Assembly: GCA_016180865.1 (NCBI GenBank)
Contig: JACPAJ010000012.1
Location: forward strand, 1-43,280
Origin: Deltaproteobacteria bacterium
GTDB taxonomy: Bacteria > UBA10199 > GCA-002796325 > 1-14-0-20-49-13
Direction of reading: 5' to 3'
DNA: 43,280 nucleotides
The translations under genes and the position numbers were made by a program. Within the stretch, counting starts at the first letter, position 1; every line of letters starts with the position of its first letter. This document shows positions 19,157-27,217 of the stretch, one piece after another. Below the pieces are notes generated by a model. The model had not been told where the DNA came from, made no database searches, and saw only the letters and a program-made list of their open reading frames with translations.

Positions 19157-21157
19157 CTATTCAAGCTGTTTAAAACTCACCCGAAAAGTTTCTCCCTCTT
19201 TAATCATGCTGCCTGGCGAAGGAATCTGGCTTACCGCAACGCCCGATCCCGCGATATCCAGCTTTATATTTGCCTGCCCCACAGACGCCATAACATCCCG
19301 GATCGTCACTCCCCTCACATCCGGCACCTGAAAATTGTTCTCATTAATTTTTTGAAATCGCCTGACTTCGGCATGTCCCGCCGTTATATCCCCGCGGCCG
19401 TCTTTTCCGGAGGCGACTACTTTTGAAAGCGGAGATGGAATATCCATGTGCTTCAAAGTCGCTTCCGTTATTTCGCGGAATGCCGGCGCGGAAACAACGC
19501 CGCCAAAATGAACCCCCGACGGCTCATCCAGCCCCACAAAGACTGCAATTTTAGGATCATTCGAAGGCGCAATTCCTACAAACGATGCGTAATATTTTCC
19601 GGCAACATAATGCCCCGCTCCTTCGACGACTTTTTGGGCAGTGCCTGTTTTGCCGGCAACCGGATATTCTTTGCTTGCGGCCCTTGTGCCTGTTCCGCCC
19701 TGGCCCACAACGCGTTCCAGCATGCCTATCATTGTTGAAGCATTAGCGCTGCTGATCGGCTCGGAAACCAAAGTAGGTTCGGCATTATAAATCAGCATTC
19801 CCTGATTATTGACGGTATGATCCACAACATAAGGTTTCAGCCGTTTTCCGCCGTTTGCGATAGAAGCAAACGCCGTCGCCATTTGAACGGGCGTAACGCT
19901 TATTCCCTGTCCGAACGCAATCGTTGCAAGTTCAACCGGCTGCCATGTTGAAGCGTCTCTGACTATTCCGCCAATTTCACCGGGATAATCTATTCCGGTT
20001 TTTGAGCCTATGCCGAATTTTTTAAGATATTCATATAATCTTTCTCTGCCTACTTCGCGGGCAATTTTTGCGGCGCCGATATTGCTTGAAACTCTGATAA
20101 TATCTTTAACGGAAAGTTTTCCATAAGAATCGTGGTCGTGGAGCACAGCTTTTCCGACGGTCATCGCCCCGTTTTCGCAATCAAAAATCTCTTCCGGCGT
20201 CACAACTCCGGCATCCAGAGCCGAAGCGACGATTAAAACTTTGAATGTCGAACCGGGCTCGATTGTGTCGGTTACAGCCCTGTTTCTCCACATATCCTGC
20301 TTGTATTTTGAATATTCGTTTGCATCGAACGTCGGCATGTTGGACATAGCCAGAACTTCTCCGGTTTCGATATCCAGCACGACCGCCGAGCCGCCTTTAG
20401 CGCCTGCCGATTCGACCGCTTTCTGAAGCGCATTTTCGGCCGCAAACTGAATCTGCTTGTCGATTGTAAGATAAACATCGTTTACATCATCCTGCTCTTC
20501 ATATGCGACCGGCGATATATAAAATTTTCCGCGGGCATCGCGCCTGTAAACAGCTTCTTTTTTATGGCTTTCGAGGAATTTATCGGCAGCAAGCTCTATG
20601 CCAGCAAGAGCTTCGGATTCCATTCCGACCGCGCCAAGGAGATGGCTGGCGAGGGAGCCGTTGGGATAAAATCTTCTGCTCTCTTCAATGGAATAGATTC
20701 CACGCATTCCTTTAACGGCCTCCAACACCTCACGATCGACAAATCTTTTCAGCCAGACGAATTTTTTCGGGGATTTTAATTTTTCCGACAGTTCTTTTTC
20801 ATTCAATCCAAGGACATCGGCCAATTTTTTTATCTCCTCTTCGCTCAGCGAAACGCTCCTCGGATCCGCATATATTGACGGCACGGGAAGGCTTATTGCA
20901 AGCTCATCGCCGTTCCTGTCTAAAATACGGCCCCTCCTTGAACTCTGCGGTATTTTTGCCTGATATTGTTTGGAAGCAACCCACCCAAGCGCCGTATTTT
21001 TAATGCAGTGCAGTTCCAGCGCTCTGCCGATAACAATCAAAAAACCGATTCCAACGGCTATAACCACAATCTGAAGCCTGAGCTTTATCCGCGTTTCGCG
21101 CCGAAGCTCTTCGCTGAGCTGCGACTTGATCTTTCTTATGTTCAATCCTTGTCTCAT
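19157..21157 (-). CDS. ftsI: Division-specific class B penicillin-binding protein (FtsI) with a C-terminal PASTA-like domain
   Basis: N-terminal TM segment, dimerisation domain, transpeptidase motifs (STFK, KTGT). The last ~60 aa (VPDVRGVTIRDV...SQIPSPGSMIKEGETFRVSF) look like a PASTA domain. Confidence 0.9.
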   Translation of the reverse strand: MRQGLNIRKIKSQLSEELRRETRIKLRLQIVVIAVGIGFLIVIGRALELHCIKNTALGWVASKQYQAKIPQSSRRGRILDRNGDELAISLPVPSIYADPRSVSLSEEEIKKLADVLGLNEKELSEKLKSPKKFVWLKRFVDREVLEAVKGMRGIYSIEESRRFYPNGSLASHLLGAVGMESEALAGIELAADKFLESHKKEAVYRRDARGKFYISPVAYEEQDDVNDVYLTIDKQIQFAAENALQKAVESAGAKGGSAVVLDIETGEVLAMSNMPTFDANEYSKYKQDMWRNRAVTDTIEPGSTFKVLIVASALDAGVVTPEEIFDCENGAMTVGKAVLHDHDSYGKLSVKDIIRVSSNIGAAKIAREVGRERLYEYLKKFGIGSKTGIDYPGEIGGIVRDASTWQPVELATIAFGQGISVTPVQMATAFASIANGGKRLKPYVVDHTVNNQGMLIYNAEPTLVSEPISSANASTMIGMLERVVGQGGTGTRAASKEYPVAGKTGTAQKVVEGAGHYVAGKYYASFVGIAPSNDPKIAVFVGLDEPSGVHFGGVVSAPAFREITEATLKHMDIPSPLSKVVASGKDGRGDITAGHAEVRRFQKINENNFQVPDVRGVTIRDVMASVGQANIKLDIAGSGVAVSQIPSPGSMIKEGETFRVSFKQLE

Positions 21158-21170
21158 ATATTTAAAAAGC

Positions 21171-21530
21171 CTAGGGCTTAATAAGCACTATCTGGTCGCT
21201 GGCGGGCGGCTGCATCGAAAGTTTCGTTTTTGCAATATTTTCAAGCCGCGCGGGCGATTTCAGTTTTGCAATTTCAATCTCCAGCATGGAAGCCTGTTTT
21301 CCAAGCTCATCGGTTGTCCGCTTTAAAGCCGATGTTTCATAGCCAAGCTGCACAACCTGCACGCGCGACCAGACATAAAAAAGAGCCAGCGCAGTTATAA
21401 AAAGAAGCCAGAGCACCCACCTCTTCACGAATTTATTCTGCACCGCGGTTGCCTTTGCTCCGACGCCCTGTTTTTGCAGCAGCCTGTGCGCAGGCGAATA
21501 ATTTATATAGTCTGCGGAAATTTGAGACAT
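21171..21530 (-). CDS. ftsL: Cell division protein FtsL
   Basis: Small bitopic protein with a coiled-coil segment, between rsmH and ftsI. The start is uncertain because it overlaps the rsmH end by 28 nt. Confidence 0.75.
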   Translation of the reverse strand: MSQISADYINYSPAHRLLQKQGVGAKATAVQNKFVKRWVLWLLFITALALFYVWSRVQVVQLGYETSALKRTTDELGKQASMLEIEIAKLKSPARLENIAKTKLSMQPPASDQIVLIKP

Positions 21531-22399
21531 ATAGCCCTTAATTTAGCGCTGCGCGCTCTTGGGTTGTTTTTTGTTTCTTCCTCGGCCGGCGGAACCGGCT
21601 TTTTTGTTAAAATCTCTGCTTTGCCGCCGGCTGAAAATTCCTTGAATCTGTTTTTAACCAGCCTGTCTTCAAGCGAATGATAGCTTACAATCACAACCCG
21701 CCCTCCGATTTTTAAACACTCGGGAGCATCGCAGAGGAATTGCTCCAAATTATCAAGCTCCCCGTTTACGGCTATTCTCAGCGCCTGAAACACGCGCGTT
21801 GCAGGATGGGTTTTTGAATGACGCAAACCTTGCGGATAAGCTTTGTAGCAGATATTCTCTAATTCTTCCGTTGTTGTGATTGCCTTCATCCCCCGTTGCC
21901 CGACAATTTTTTCAGCTACCCTTCCGGCAAATTTTTCTTCGCCGAATTTCAAAAAAACTTCCTTCAGCTCATCTTTAGAATAAGCATTAACAATATATTC
22001 CGCCGTAAGGCCGGAATTTTTATCCATTCTCATATCCAAAGGGCCGTTTTTCATAAAACTGAAACCCCGCTCGCCGGTATCAATCTGCATGCTGGAAATT
22101 CCAAGATCCAGAACGATCCCGTCAAAAAGAATTCCCCATTCTTTGGACATCGCGGCAATTTCAGCGTAGCTTTTTCGTTCGATTTTTATTCTTTCTTTGA
22201 AAGCCGAAAGCCGCGCGCGCGATTCGTTCAGCGCCTCATCATCAATATCGATTCCGATGACTTTTCCATCCGGAGCGGATGCCTCAAGAATTTTTTCGGC
22301 GTATCCTCCGGCCCCGAGCGTGCCATCAAGATAAATTTTTCCGGATGCAGGCGCCAGATATTCGATCACTTCTTTTAAAAGAACGGGAATATGCTTCAT
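21503..22399 (-). CDS. rsmH: 16S rRNA (cytosine1402-N4)-methyltransferase
   Basis: HIPVLLKEV N-terminus and SAM-binding motifs, second gene of the dcw cluster. Confidence 0.93.
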   Translation of the reverse strand: MKHIPVLLKEVIEYLAPASGKIYLDGTLGAGGYAEKILEASAPDGKVIGIDIDDEALNESRARLSAFKERIKIERKSYAEIAAMSKEWGILFDGIVLDLGISSMQIDTGERGFSFMKNGPLDMRMDKNSGLTAEYIVNAYSKDELKEVFLKFGEEKFAGRVAEKIVGQRGMKAITTTEELENICYKAYPQGLRHSKTHPATRVFQALRIAVNGELDNLEQFLCDAPECLKIGGRVVIVSYHSLEDRLVKNRFKEFSAGGKAEILTKKPVPPAEEETKNNPRARSAKLRAICLKFPQTI

Positions 22400-22402
22400 C
22401 TT

Positions 22403-22843
22403 CTAAAGTCCTAAATCCGCAAGTTTATCTCCCATCAGCTCCAGTTTCTTTTGCGATTGTTCAAAAGACTGCTGCCATCTTTCGCGCGACCAGATTTCAA
22501 TCCGCATCGTCATGCCGACAAGCACCACGTCTTTGGTAATGCCCGCATATTCGCGAAGCGTAATTGGGATCTGAATCCGGCCGCTTTTATCCACCGGAGC
22601 TTCGCAAGCCGCGGAGATAAAAACGCGCTGAAGAGCTTTTACTTCGTCTTTAAATTGAGGGAGAGACGCAACCTTATTTTCCACCTTCTGCCATTCTGCG
22701 GCAGGATATGCCCAGAGGCAGTTGTCAAAATTAGTGATAATTAATCTTTCATCGTAGCTCGTCGACAAAATTTCGCGGAATTTGGATGGAATAGAAAGCC
22801 GGCCTTTTGAATCTATCGCATGCTCAAATCTACCCCTAAACAT
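22403..22843 (-). CDS. mraZ: Transcriptional regulator MraZ
   Basis: MFRGRFEHAIDSKGRLSIP with duplicated SpoVT/AbrB-like halves. Start set at ATG 22843, which is preceded by GGAGG. Confidence 0.92.
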   Translation of the reverse strand: MFRGRFEHAIDSKGRLSIPSKFREILSTSYDERLIITNFDNCLWAYPAAEWQKVENKVASLPQFKDEVKALQRVFISAACEAPVDKSGRIQIPITLREYAGITKDVVLVGMTMRIEIWSRERWQQSFEQSQKKLELMGDKLADLGL

Positions 22844-22905
22844 GTTAACCTCCATCGCCTTCAAACCCGCTTCAGACTTGAAAAATCGTTGATTTTCAAT
22901 CGGTT

Positions 22906-22942
22906 ACACTTTATTACCTTCTATGCCACTTTATGCCACTTT
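22906..22942 (-). promoter_or_regulatory. Putative MraZ operator: phased AAAGTG(G/T) direct repeats
   Basis: On the minus strand, AAAGTGG occurs at 22942..22936 and 22932..22926, and AAAGTGT at 22912..22906. A degenerate unit lies between them. Spacing is 10 and 20 nt, 63-99 nt upstream of mraZ, and a TTGACC lies just upstream at 22953..22958. Confidence 0.6.
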
Positions 22943-23188
22943 ACGGCACCATGGTCAAGACTTTTTCGGTCTAAAGTCTTGAAAAAACTCATTTTTTTGC
23001 ATTTTTTGCTTTTAAAAATTGCGAAAAAATCCGCTTAAAAATTGGGCTGCTAGTTAAAACAATTAAACTTCTTATTAGACATAGCTTATAACTAGCTGAA
23101 AAATAAAGCAGTGCGTTTGGGACATATAACACTTAAAAATTACGTTTGCCTTTTGCATATTCTTCTGGTTAATTGAGGGCAGTTAGTC

Positions 23189-23276
23189 GGAGAGATGGCC
23201 GAGTGGCTTAAGGCGCCCGCTTGGAAAGCGTGTGTACCGCAAGGTACCGTGGGTTCGACTCCCACTCTCTCCGCCA
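23189..23276 (+). tRNA. tRNA-Ser (anticodon GGA), type II with long variable arm, CCA encoded
   Basis: Hand-folded cloverleaf: acceptor GGAGAGA/TCTCTCC, 3-bp D stem, anticodon loop TTGGAAA, variable arm GTACC-GCAA-GGTAC, T arm GTGGG-TTCGACT-CCCAC. One C-U mismatch in the anticodon stem. Confidence 0.9.
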
Positions 23277-23281
23277 ACCAA

Positions 23282-24294
23282 GGGGTCAAGTATTGACTTT
23301 TCACTTTTGATTTGTTAGAAACATGTCATGTCGCGCCCTCTTCGCATTCAATATGCTGGAGCTGTTTATCATGTTATGAACCGTGGAAATGCCCGTCAGG
23401 ATATTTTCGGGCACACAAATCACTACCAATTATTCATTCGTTGCATGTCAGAAATGATCAATTTATGGGAATTAAAATTGCATGCGTTCAGCCTAATGCC
23501 CAACCATTATCATCTATTGATCGAAACGCCCATGGGCAACTTGTCGCGAGCCATGCGGCACTTGAACCATGTGTACACTCAACGCTTTAACCGATTAACA
23601 GGTCGCGATGGCCATCTGTTCAGAGGTCGATATAAATCTATTCTTATAGAGGAAGACGCTTATTTGATAGAATTGTTGCGCTATATTCATCTTAATCCGG
23701 TAAGAGCAGGTATGACAAAAAGACCGGAGCAGCACAGATGGACGTCACACCATTATTATCTTAAAGGGACTGAAACAGGCTTTCTAACGACCACACGCCT
23801 TCTCGAATATTTTGGAAGACGAAGGAATTTGGCGCGAAGGAAATTGCATGAGTTTGTCATGTCCGGTGTGCCGATAGAATTGGAAAAACGTTTATCCGGT
23901 CAGAAATGGCCGTCGGTTTTAAGTAGTGCAAATTTTGAAGAATGGGTCCATTGGAATTTTGTGAAGGATTTGGATGATGAACAGTTGGAATACGTTCCGA
24001 ATCATAATCAGCAAGTTGCAGAAGAATCTCTGCAAAAGATTCTTTGTAAGATATTCGAAACGAATTGGCCATCCCTAAAGAAGCCTCAAGGACACGAACA
24101 ACAAAAGAGGCGTGCCCAAGCAATATGGTTTTATAGGCGTTATTTAAAACTGGGATATAATGAGCTCTCAAAAATATTTGGGCTTGTGCCATCAAGGATA
24201 TCTAAGATCATGAGCAAAAATGACATGGTGTCATCGGAACTCAATGAACAAGTAGTGCTATCCTTGAAAAAGTGAAAAGTCAATACTTGACCCC
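23282..24294 (+). mobile_element. IS200/RAYT-like unit: Y1 transposase gene bounded by perfect 27-bp inverted repeats
   Basis: GGGGTCAAGTATTGACTTTTCACTTTT at 23282..23308 is the exact reverse complement of 24268..24294. Each arm contains a GTCAA-GTA-TTGAC mini-hairpin. The left arm starts 6 nt after the tRNA CCA end. Confidence 0.8.
23328..24275 (+). CDS. HUH/Y1 (IS200-like, REP-associated tyrosine transposase-like) protein with a C-terminal DnaA domain IV-like HTH
   Basis: HUH motif NHYHLLI, catalytic Tyr context LRYIHLNPVRAG, and a C-terminus (RRAQAIWFYRRYLKLGYNELSKIFG...SRISKIMSK) resembling the DnaA C-terminal HTH. Confidence 0.85.
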   Translation: MSRPLRIQYAGAVYHVMNRGNARQDIFGHTNHYQLFIRCMSEMINLWELKLHAFSLMPNHYHLLIETPMGNLSRAMRHLNHVYTQRFNRLTGRDGHLFRGRYKSILIEEDAYLIELLRYIHLNPVRAGMTKRPEQHRWTSHHYYLKGTETGFLTTTRLLEYFGRRRNLARRKLHEFVMSGVPIELEKRLSGQKWPSVLSSANFEEWVHWNFVKDLDDEQLEYVPNHNQQVAEESLQKILCKIFETNWPSLKKPQGHEQQKRRAQAIWFYRRYLKLGYNELSKIFGLVPSRISKIMSKNDMVSSELNEQVVLSLKK

Positions 24295-24414
24295 TATTCC
24301 TATTACCCCTATTCAAATCCTTTTGCCACCGCAAGAAAGGCCGATGGTTCATCGCCACCCGCTTTTTTATAAAATTCCAACGCACTAGCAAGATCAAGAA
24401 CTGCGCGGCCCAAT

Positions 24415-24999
24415 TTATTTTCCTTTTTTTGTGCCATACAACACCCCCATAAAATATGACCATGAGTTTGAATTGCCGGCAAGGAAAATCGGCTCGTAGT
24501 CTATTCCCAGAAGAAACCATGCCGGCGCAACATCTAAGTTTACAAAATCGACTTCACGCGGAAGCTTGTCCACCTCCTCATCAACAGTTCGTTTTAATTT
24601 AAGGAATGCTTCTCCGGTTAAGGCGCGCCCTCCCCTTGTTATGCACAAATCCCAGTCAGAATATTTACGATTATTCCCCTTGGCGCGCGATCCCAAAAGT
24701 CCAACGGCAATTTCCAAGTCAACTGAACAGAGTTTTTTAACGACCGGAATAATTTCTTCAATATCGTCCGTCTTTTGAGCAGAAAAAGGAGATAAAATAG
24801 ATAAAGGATCAATCTGAAGGGTATCGCAAATAACGTAATACGTCTCCGAAAATGGGCCTCCATTTCCTTTGAGATAATTATTTATAGTTGACCTATTAAA
24901 CCCGTGCGCTTTGGCAAACTCCGTAACGTGCGCATATCCCCTTTGGGTTATGATCTGCTTCAGTTTTGCGGCATCAATATGATATCTCATTAACTGCAT
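24415..24999 (-). CDS. XRE-type HTH fused to a minimal nucleotidyltransferase (MNT-like) domain
   Basis: N-terminus has the HTH (YAHVTEFAKAHGFNRSTINNYLKG). The C-terminus has GSRAKGNNRKYSDWDL (GS-x10-DxD) and a later VDFVNLD acidic motif. Confidence 0.8.
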   Translation of the reverse strand: MQLMRYHIDAAKLKQIITQRGYAHVTEFAKAHGFNRSTINNYLKGNGGPFSETYYVICDTLQIDPLSILSPFSAQKTDDIEEIIPVVKKLCSVDLEIAVGLLGSRAKGNNRKYSDWDLCITRGGRALTGEAFLKLKRTVDEEVDKLPREVDFVNLDVAPAWFLLGIDYEPIFLAGNSNSWSYFMGVLYGTKKGK

Positions 25000-25026
25000 T
25001 ATATCCCAAATCGCGAGCCTATGTCA

Positions 25027-25056
25027 ATTATTTTATATATATGTATATTATTTTAT
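25027..25056. promoter_or_regulatory. Direct repeat ATTATTTTAT-N10-ATTATTTTAT in the divergent promoter region
   Basis: Identical 10-mers at 25027..25036 and 25047..25056, 20 nt start to start, between the HTH-NTase gene and the 281-aa ORF. Candidate operator. TTGACT-N16-TATAGC further downstream could drive the plus-strand gene. Confidence 0.35.
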
Positions 25057-25156
25057 GCACACACTTAATAAACGTTATCAGGCACCTTTTATAAAATAAC
25101 TTGACTTATTCGACGCCTGCAATATAGCTAGCGCCGTCCTTAGAAAGGAGTTTAAA

Positions 25157-26002
25157 ATGGCAAATCCAATAGGTGTCCGCAAGATAGTAATACACGATGA
25201 AAAGGGAGCATCTCGTACATATGAAGTTCCAGTGGAACTTAGCACAGATCCAGCAATTTCCTTTCTTGATACAGCCAAACCAATTGGCGTTCTAGATGAA
25301 TCCGATGCTCCTAAAGATATTCTTTGGCATTTGGTCGGCTATGTTGGCAATAGAATGTTTGCGATAGAACAAAACCGCGAGATGGTGCGGAAAATTGATG
25401 AGTTAAATGCAGAATTAGAACCGTTGATGAATCGCGTGGCGATGGTTCATCTTCTTGCCAAGAAGGTTGACACAAATGACAAATCTAACCGTGGCCTCTT
25501 TGTTGATTATGACGATAGCGACCATCTCTCTGGCCACGTTCTCTACCATGTGTCGGACCAAAACATAGATAGATTTATAAAACTTGCTGGGGCTGATGGA
25601 AAATTAATAGAGACCGAGGTGCCTGTGTATGACCAGTCCAATGGTAACGCTCTTAGTTACACGTGGTCATATAAGACAGGCTCCCAGCTAGAAAAAGATC
25701 TTAATTTGATGAAAGTGAAAATGGCTGCCTTCTTTTCACAATATGGATGGGATGGTTCACTTGAAAGAATAACGCCGCCTTCGGATAAAGTAGATATCGC
25801 AACATTGCCGCAGTTACGCCGTCTGCGTGATCTGTGGAACCCGATTGCAACTTATATTAATGAAGAGCCTTATTATGGAATATACGGTAAGCCATCAGTA
25901 GGAATTCTGGTCATGCAGTTTGATAGCCCTGCACCAATTGTTGATTTGGATGGCGGTGCGGTTCACAAGCGGACAGAGTCAGACTTTTCTCTTCTTAACT
26001 AA
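25157..26002 (+). CDS. Hypothetical protein, 281 aa, no recognisable motif
   Basis: Long ORF with AAAGGAG 8 nt upstream of the ATG, followed by a strong palindrome. I recognise no family. Confidence 0.7.
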   Translation: MANPIGVRKIVIHDEKGASRTYEVPVELSTDPAISFLDTAKPIGVLDESDAPKDILWHLVGYVGNRMFAIEQNREMVRKIDELNAELEPLMNRVAMVHLLAKKVDTNDKSNRGLFVDYDDSDHLSGHVLYHVSDQNIDRFIKLAGADGKLIETEVPVYDQSNGNALSYTWSYKTGSQLEKDLNLMKVKMAAFFSQYGWDGSLERITPPSDKVDIATLPQLRRLRDLWNPIATYINEEPYYGIYGKPSVGILVMQFDSPAPIVDLDGGAVHKRTESDFSLLN

Positions 26003-26021
26003 GTGTCAGACACTTAGTTAA
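25995..26021. terminator. Perfect 27-nt palindrome (13-bp arms) overlapping the stop codon of the 281-aa ORF
   Basis: TTAACTAAGTGTC-A-GACACTTAGTTAA followed by a T-rich stretch. It is either a terminator or a protein-binding palindrome. Confidence 0.55.
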
Positions 26022-26039
26022 TCTTGCATGTTTTTCTTT

Positions 26040-26070
26040 CTGGACAAAATCGCGTAACTCGTTATATTTA
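26040..26070 (+). promoter_or_regulatory. Promoter/operator-like module, copy C (TGGACA-N16-TATATT)
   Basis: 27 of 31 nt identical to the first 31 nt of copy B. Contains TAAC-NN-GTTA between the -35 and -10 hexamers. Lies 47 nt upstream of the HEPN start. Confidence 0.6.
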
Positions 26071-26116
26071 CAAAATAAAGAGGGTTTGTGTGGGCTCTCA
26101 TCGGAGACCAATATCT

Positions 26117-26518
26117 ATGAAACTCGATTTTAGTTCCCTGAAAAAGGCCATCAAAAGCCTGGGCAAGGCCATTGCCAGAACGCAAAAAGAGCCGTTGGAC
26201 GAGGAGTTGCGTGACGCTGTTATTCAGCGTTTTGAATACACTTATGAACTCGCTTGTAAAATGATGAAGCGTCAAATAGAGCAAGAATCCCCGAATCCAT
26301 CCGGAATTGACCAGCTGTCATTCAAAGATCTGCTTCGAACGGTGGCCGAAAAAGGAATTATTACGGACGTTGAGGCATGGCTAGTTTATAGAGACCAGAG
26401 AAATATCACCTCGCATACTGATGACGAGGCCGAGGCCAAAAGCGTTTATGAAACAGCTTTAAAGTTTCATAAAGATGCAGAGGCCTTGTTCTCAAATCTA
26501 GAGAAACGCAAATCATGA
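26117..26518 (+). CDS. HEPN-domain protein, HI0074-type nucleotidyltransferase substrate-binding family (putative toxin)
   Basis: RNITSH matches the Rx4H HEPN motif and the architecture is HI0074-like. Start placed at ATG 26117 (MKLDFSS). The track start at 26024 would run through the promoter module. Confidence 0.85.
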   Translation: MKLDFSSLKKAIKSLGKAIARTQKEPLDEELRDAVIQRFEYTYELACKMMKRQIEQESPNPSGIDQLSFKDLLRTVAEKGIITDVEAWLVYRDQRNITSHTDDEAEAKSVYETALKFHKDAEALFSNLEKRKS

Positions 26519-26844
26519 TCGATATTCCTCATAAACACTTAGAAACAATTATAGCCATCCTCTCAAAATACGTACCCGAACATGAAGTCTGGGCATTTGG
26601 TTCACGGGTTAATCAAAAACCAAAAAAATATGCCGATCTCGACATTGCGATCAAAACCAGCGCCCCGTTACCGGCAGGAACTCTCGCCCTTTTGCGCGAT
26701 GCCTTTTCGGAATCGAACCTGCCATTTAAAGTTGACGTTGTCGACTGGTCAAAAATCAGCAAAGATTTTCAAAAAATCATTGAGGAAAAATTTGAAGTTG
26801 TTCAAGGTAACAAAAGCGTATCTGTGAAAAGGGGGTCAAAATGA
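26515..26844 (+). CDS. Minimal nucleotidyltransferase (MNT, HI0073-type; putative antitoxin)
   Basis: GSRVNQKPKKYADLDI (GS-x10-DxD). ATGA start/stop overlap with the HEPN gene. Confidence 0.88.
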   Translation: MIDIPHKHLETIIAILSKYVPEHEVWAFGSRVNQKPKKYADLDIAIKTSAPLPAGTLALLRDAFSESNLPFKVDVVDWSKISKDFQKIIEEKFEVVQGNKSVSVKRGSK

Positions 26845-27161
26845 AATTAGGCATCATCCTTGAAACAAAGGAATATGAAAAGGCTTGGAACGCATTCAGA
26901 TTTGCAACGGCTTCAAAGAAAGCCGGCCATGAAGTAAAAATCTTTTTAATGGGCGAGGCTGTCGAATGTGAAAATATTACCCACGAAAAATTTGACGTTG
27001 CGGGACAATTGAAGATTTTCGTCGAATCCGGAGGAACAATCCTTGCTTGCGGCACCTGTCTTAAATCCCGCACGATGAAAGCTACCGAGGTTTGCCCTAT
27101 GTCAATGATGATTGACTGCGTAAAAATGGTTGAATGGGCGGATAGAGTGATAAGTTTTTGA
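26841..27161 (+). CDS. DsrE/DsrF-like sulfur-relay family protein
   Basis: 106 aa with an MKLGIIL... Rossmann-like start and the ACGTCLKSR motif typical of the DsrE family. ATGA overlap with the MNT gene. Confidence 0.7.
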   Translation: MKLGIILETKEYEKAWNAFRFATASKKAGHEVKIFLMGEAVECENITHEKFDVAGQLKIFVESGGTILACGTCLKSRTMKATEVCPMSMMIDCVKMVEWADRVISF

Positions 27162-27175
27162 GCCGTAATCGTCTT

Positions 27176-27210
27176 GGGCTTTTTAGCCCGCCACTAAGGC
27201 GTCGACCGGC
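27176..27210 (+). repeat. Decayed copy of the GCCCGCCACTAA hairpin element
   Basis: GCCCGCCACTAA at 27186..27197 is identical to 28100..28111, but the 3' arm is degraded (CGACCGGC versus TGGCGGGC). It is preceded by a GGGCT-TTTT-AGCCC mini-hairpin. Confidence 0.5.
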
Positions 27211-27217
27211 ACAAATT

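Noticed and set aside
24309-24430. An A7 run (T7 on the plus strand, 24424..24430) near the end of the HTH-NTase gene. Removing one A would extend the ORF by ~35 codons (ending ...KENKLGRAVLDLASALEFYKKAGGDEPSAFLAVAKGFE) to 14 nt from the RAYT repeat.
   Set aside because: An open stretch of ~35 codons in an alternative frame is well within chance, and the extension carries no motif (no Rx4H). It is worth a look in read data but is not supportable as a frameshift or phase-variation site.
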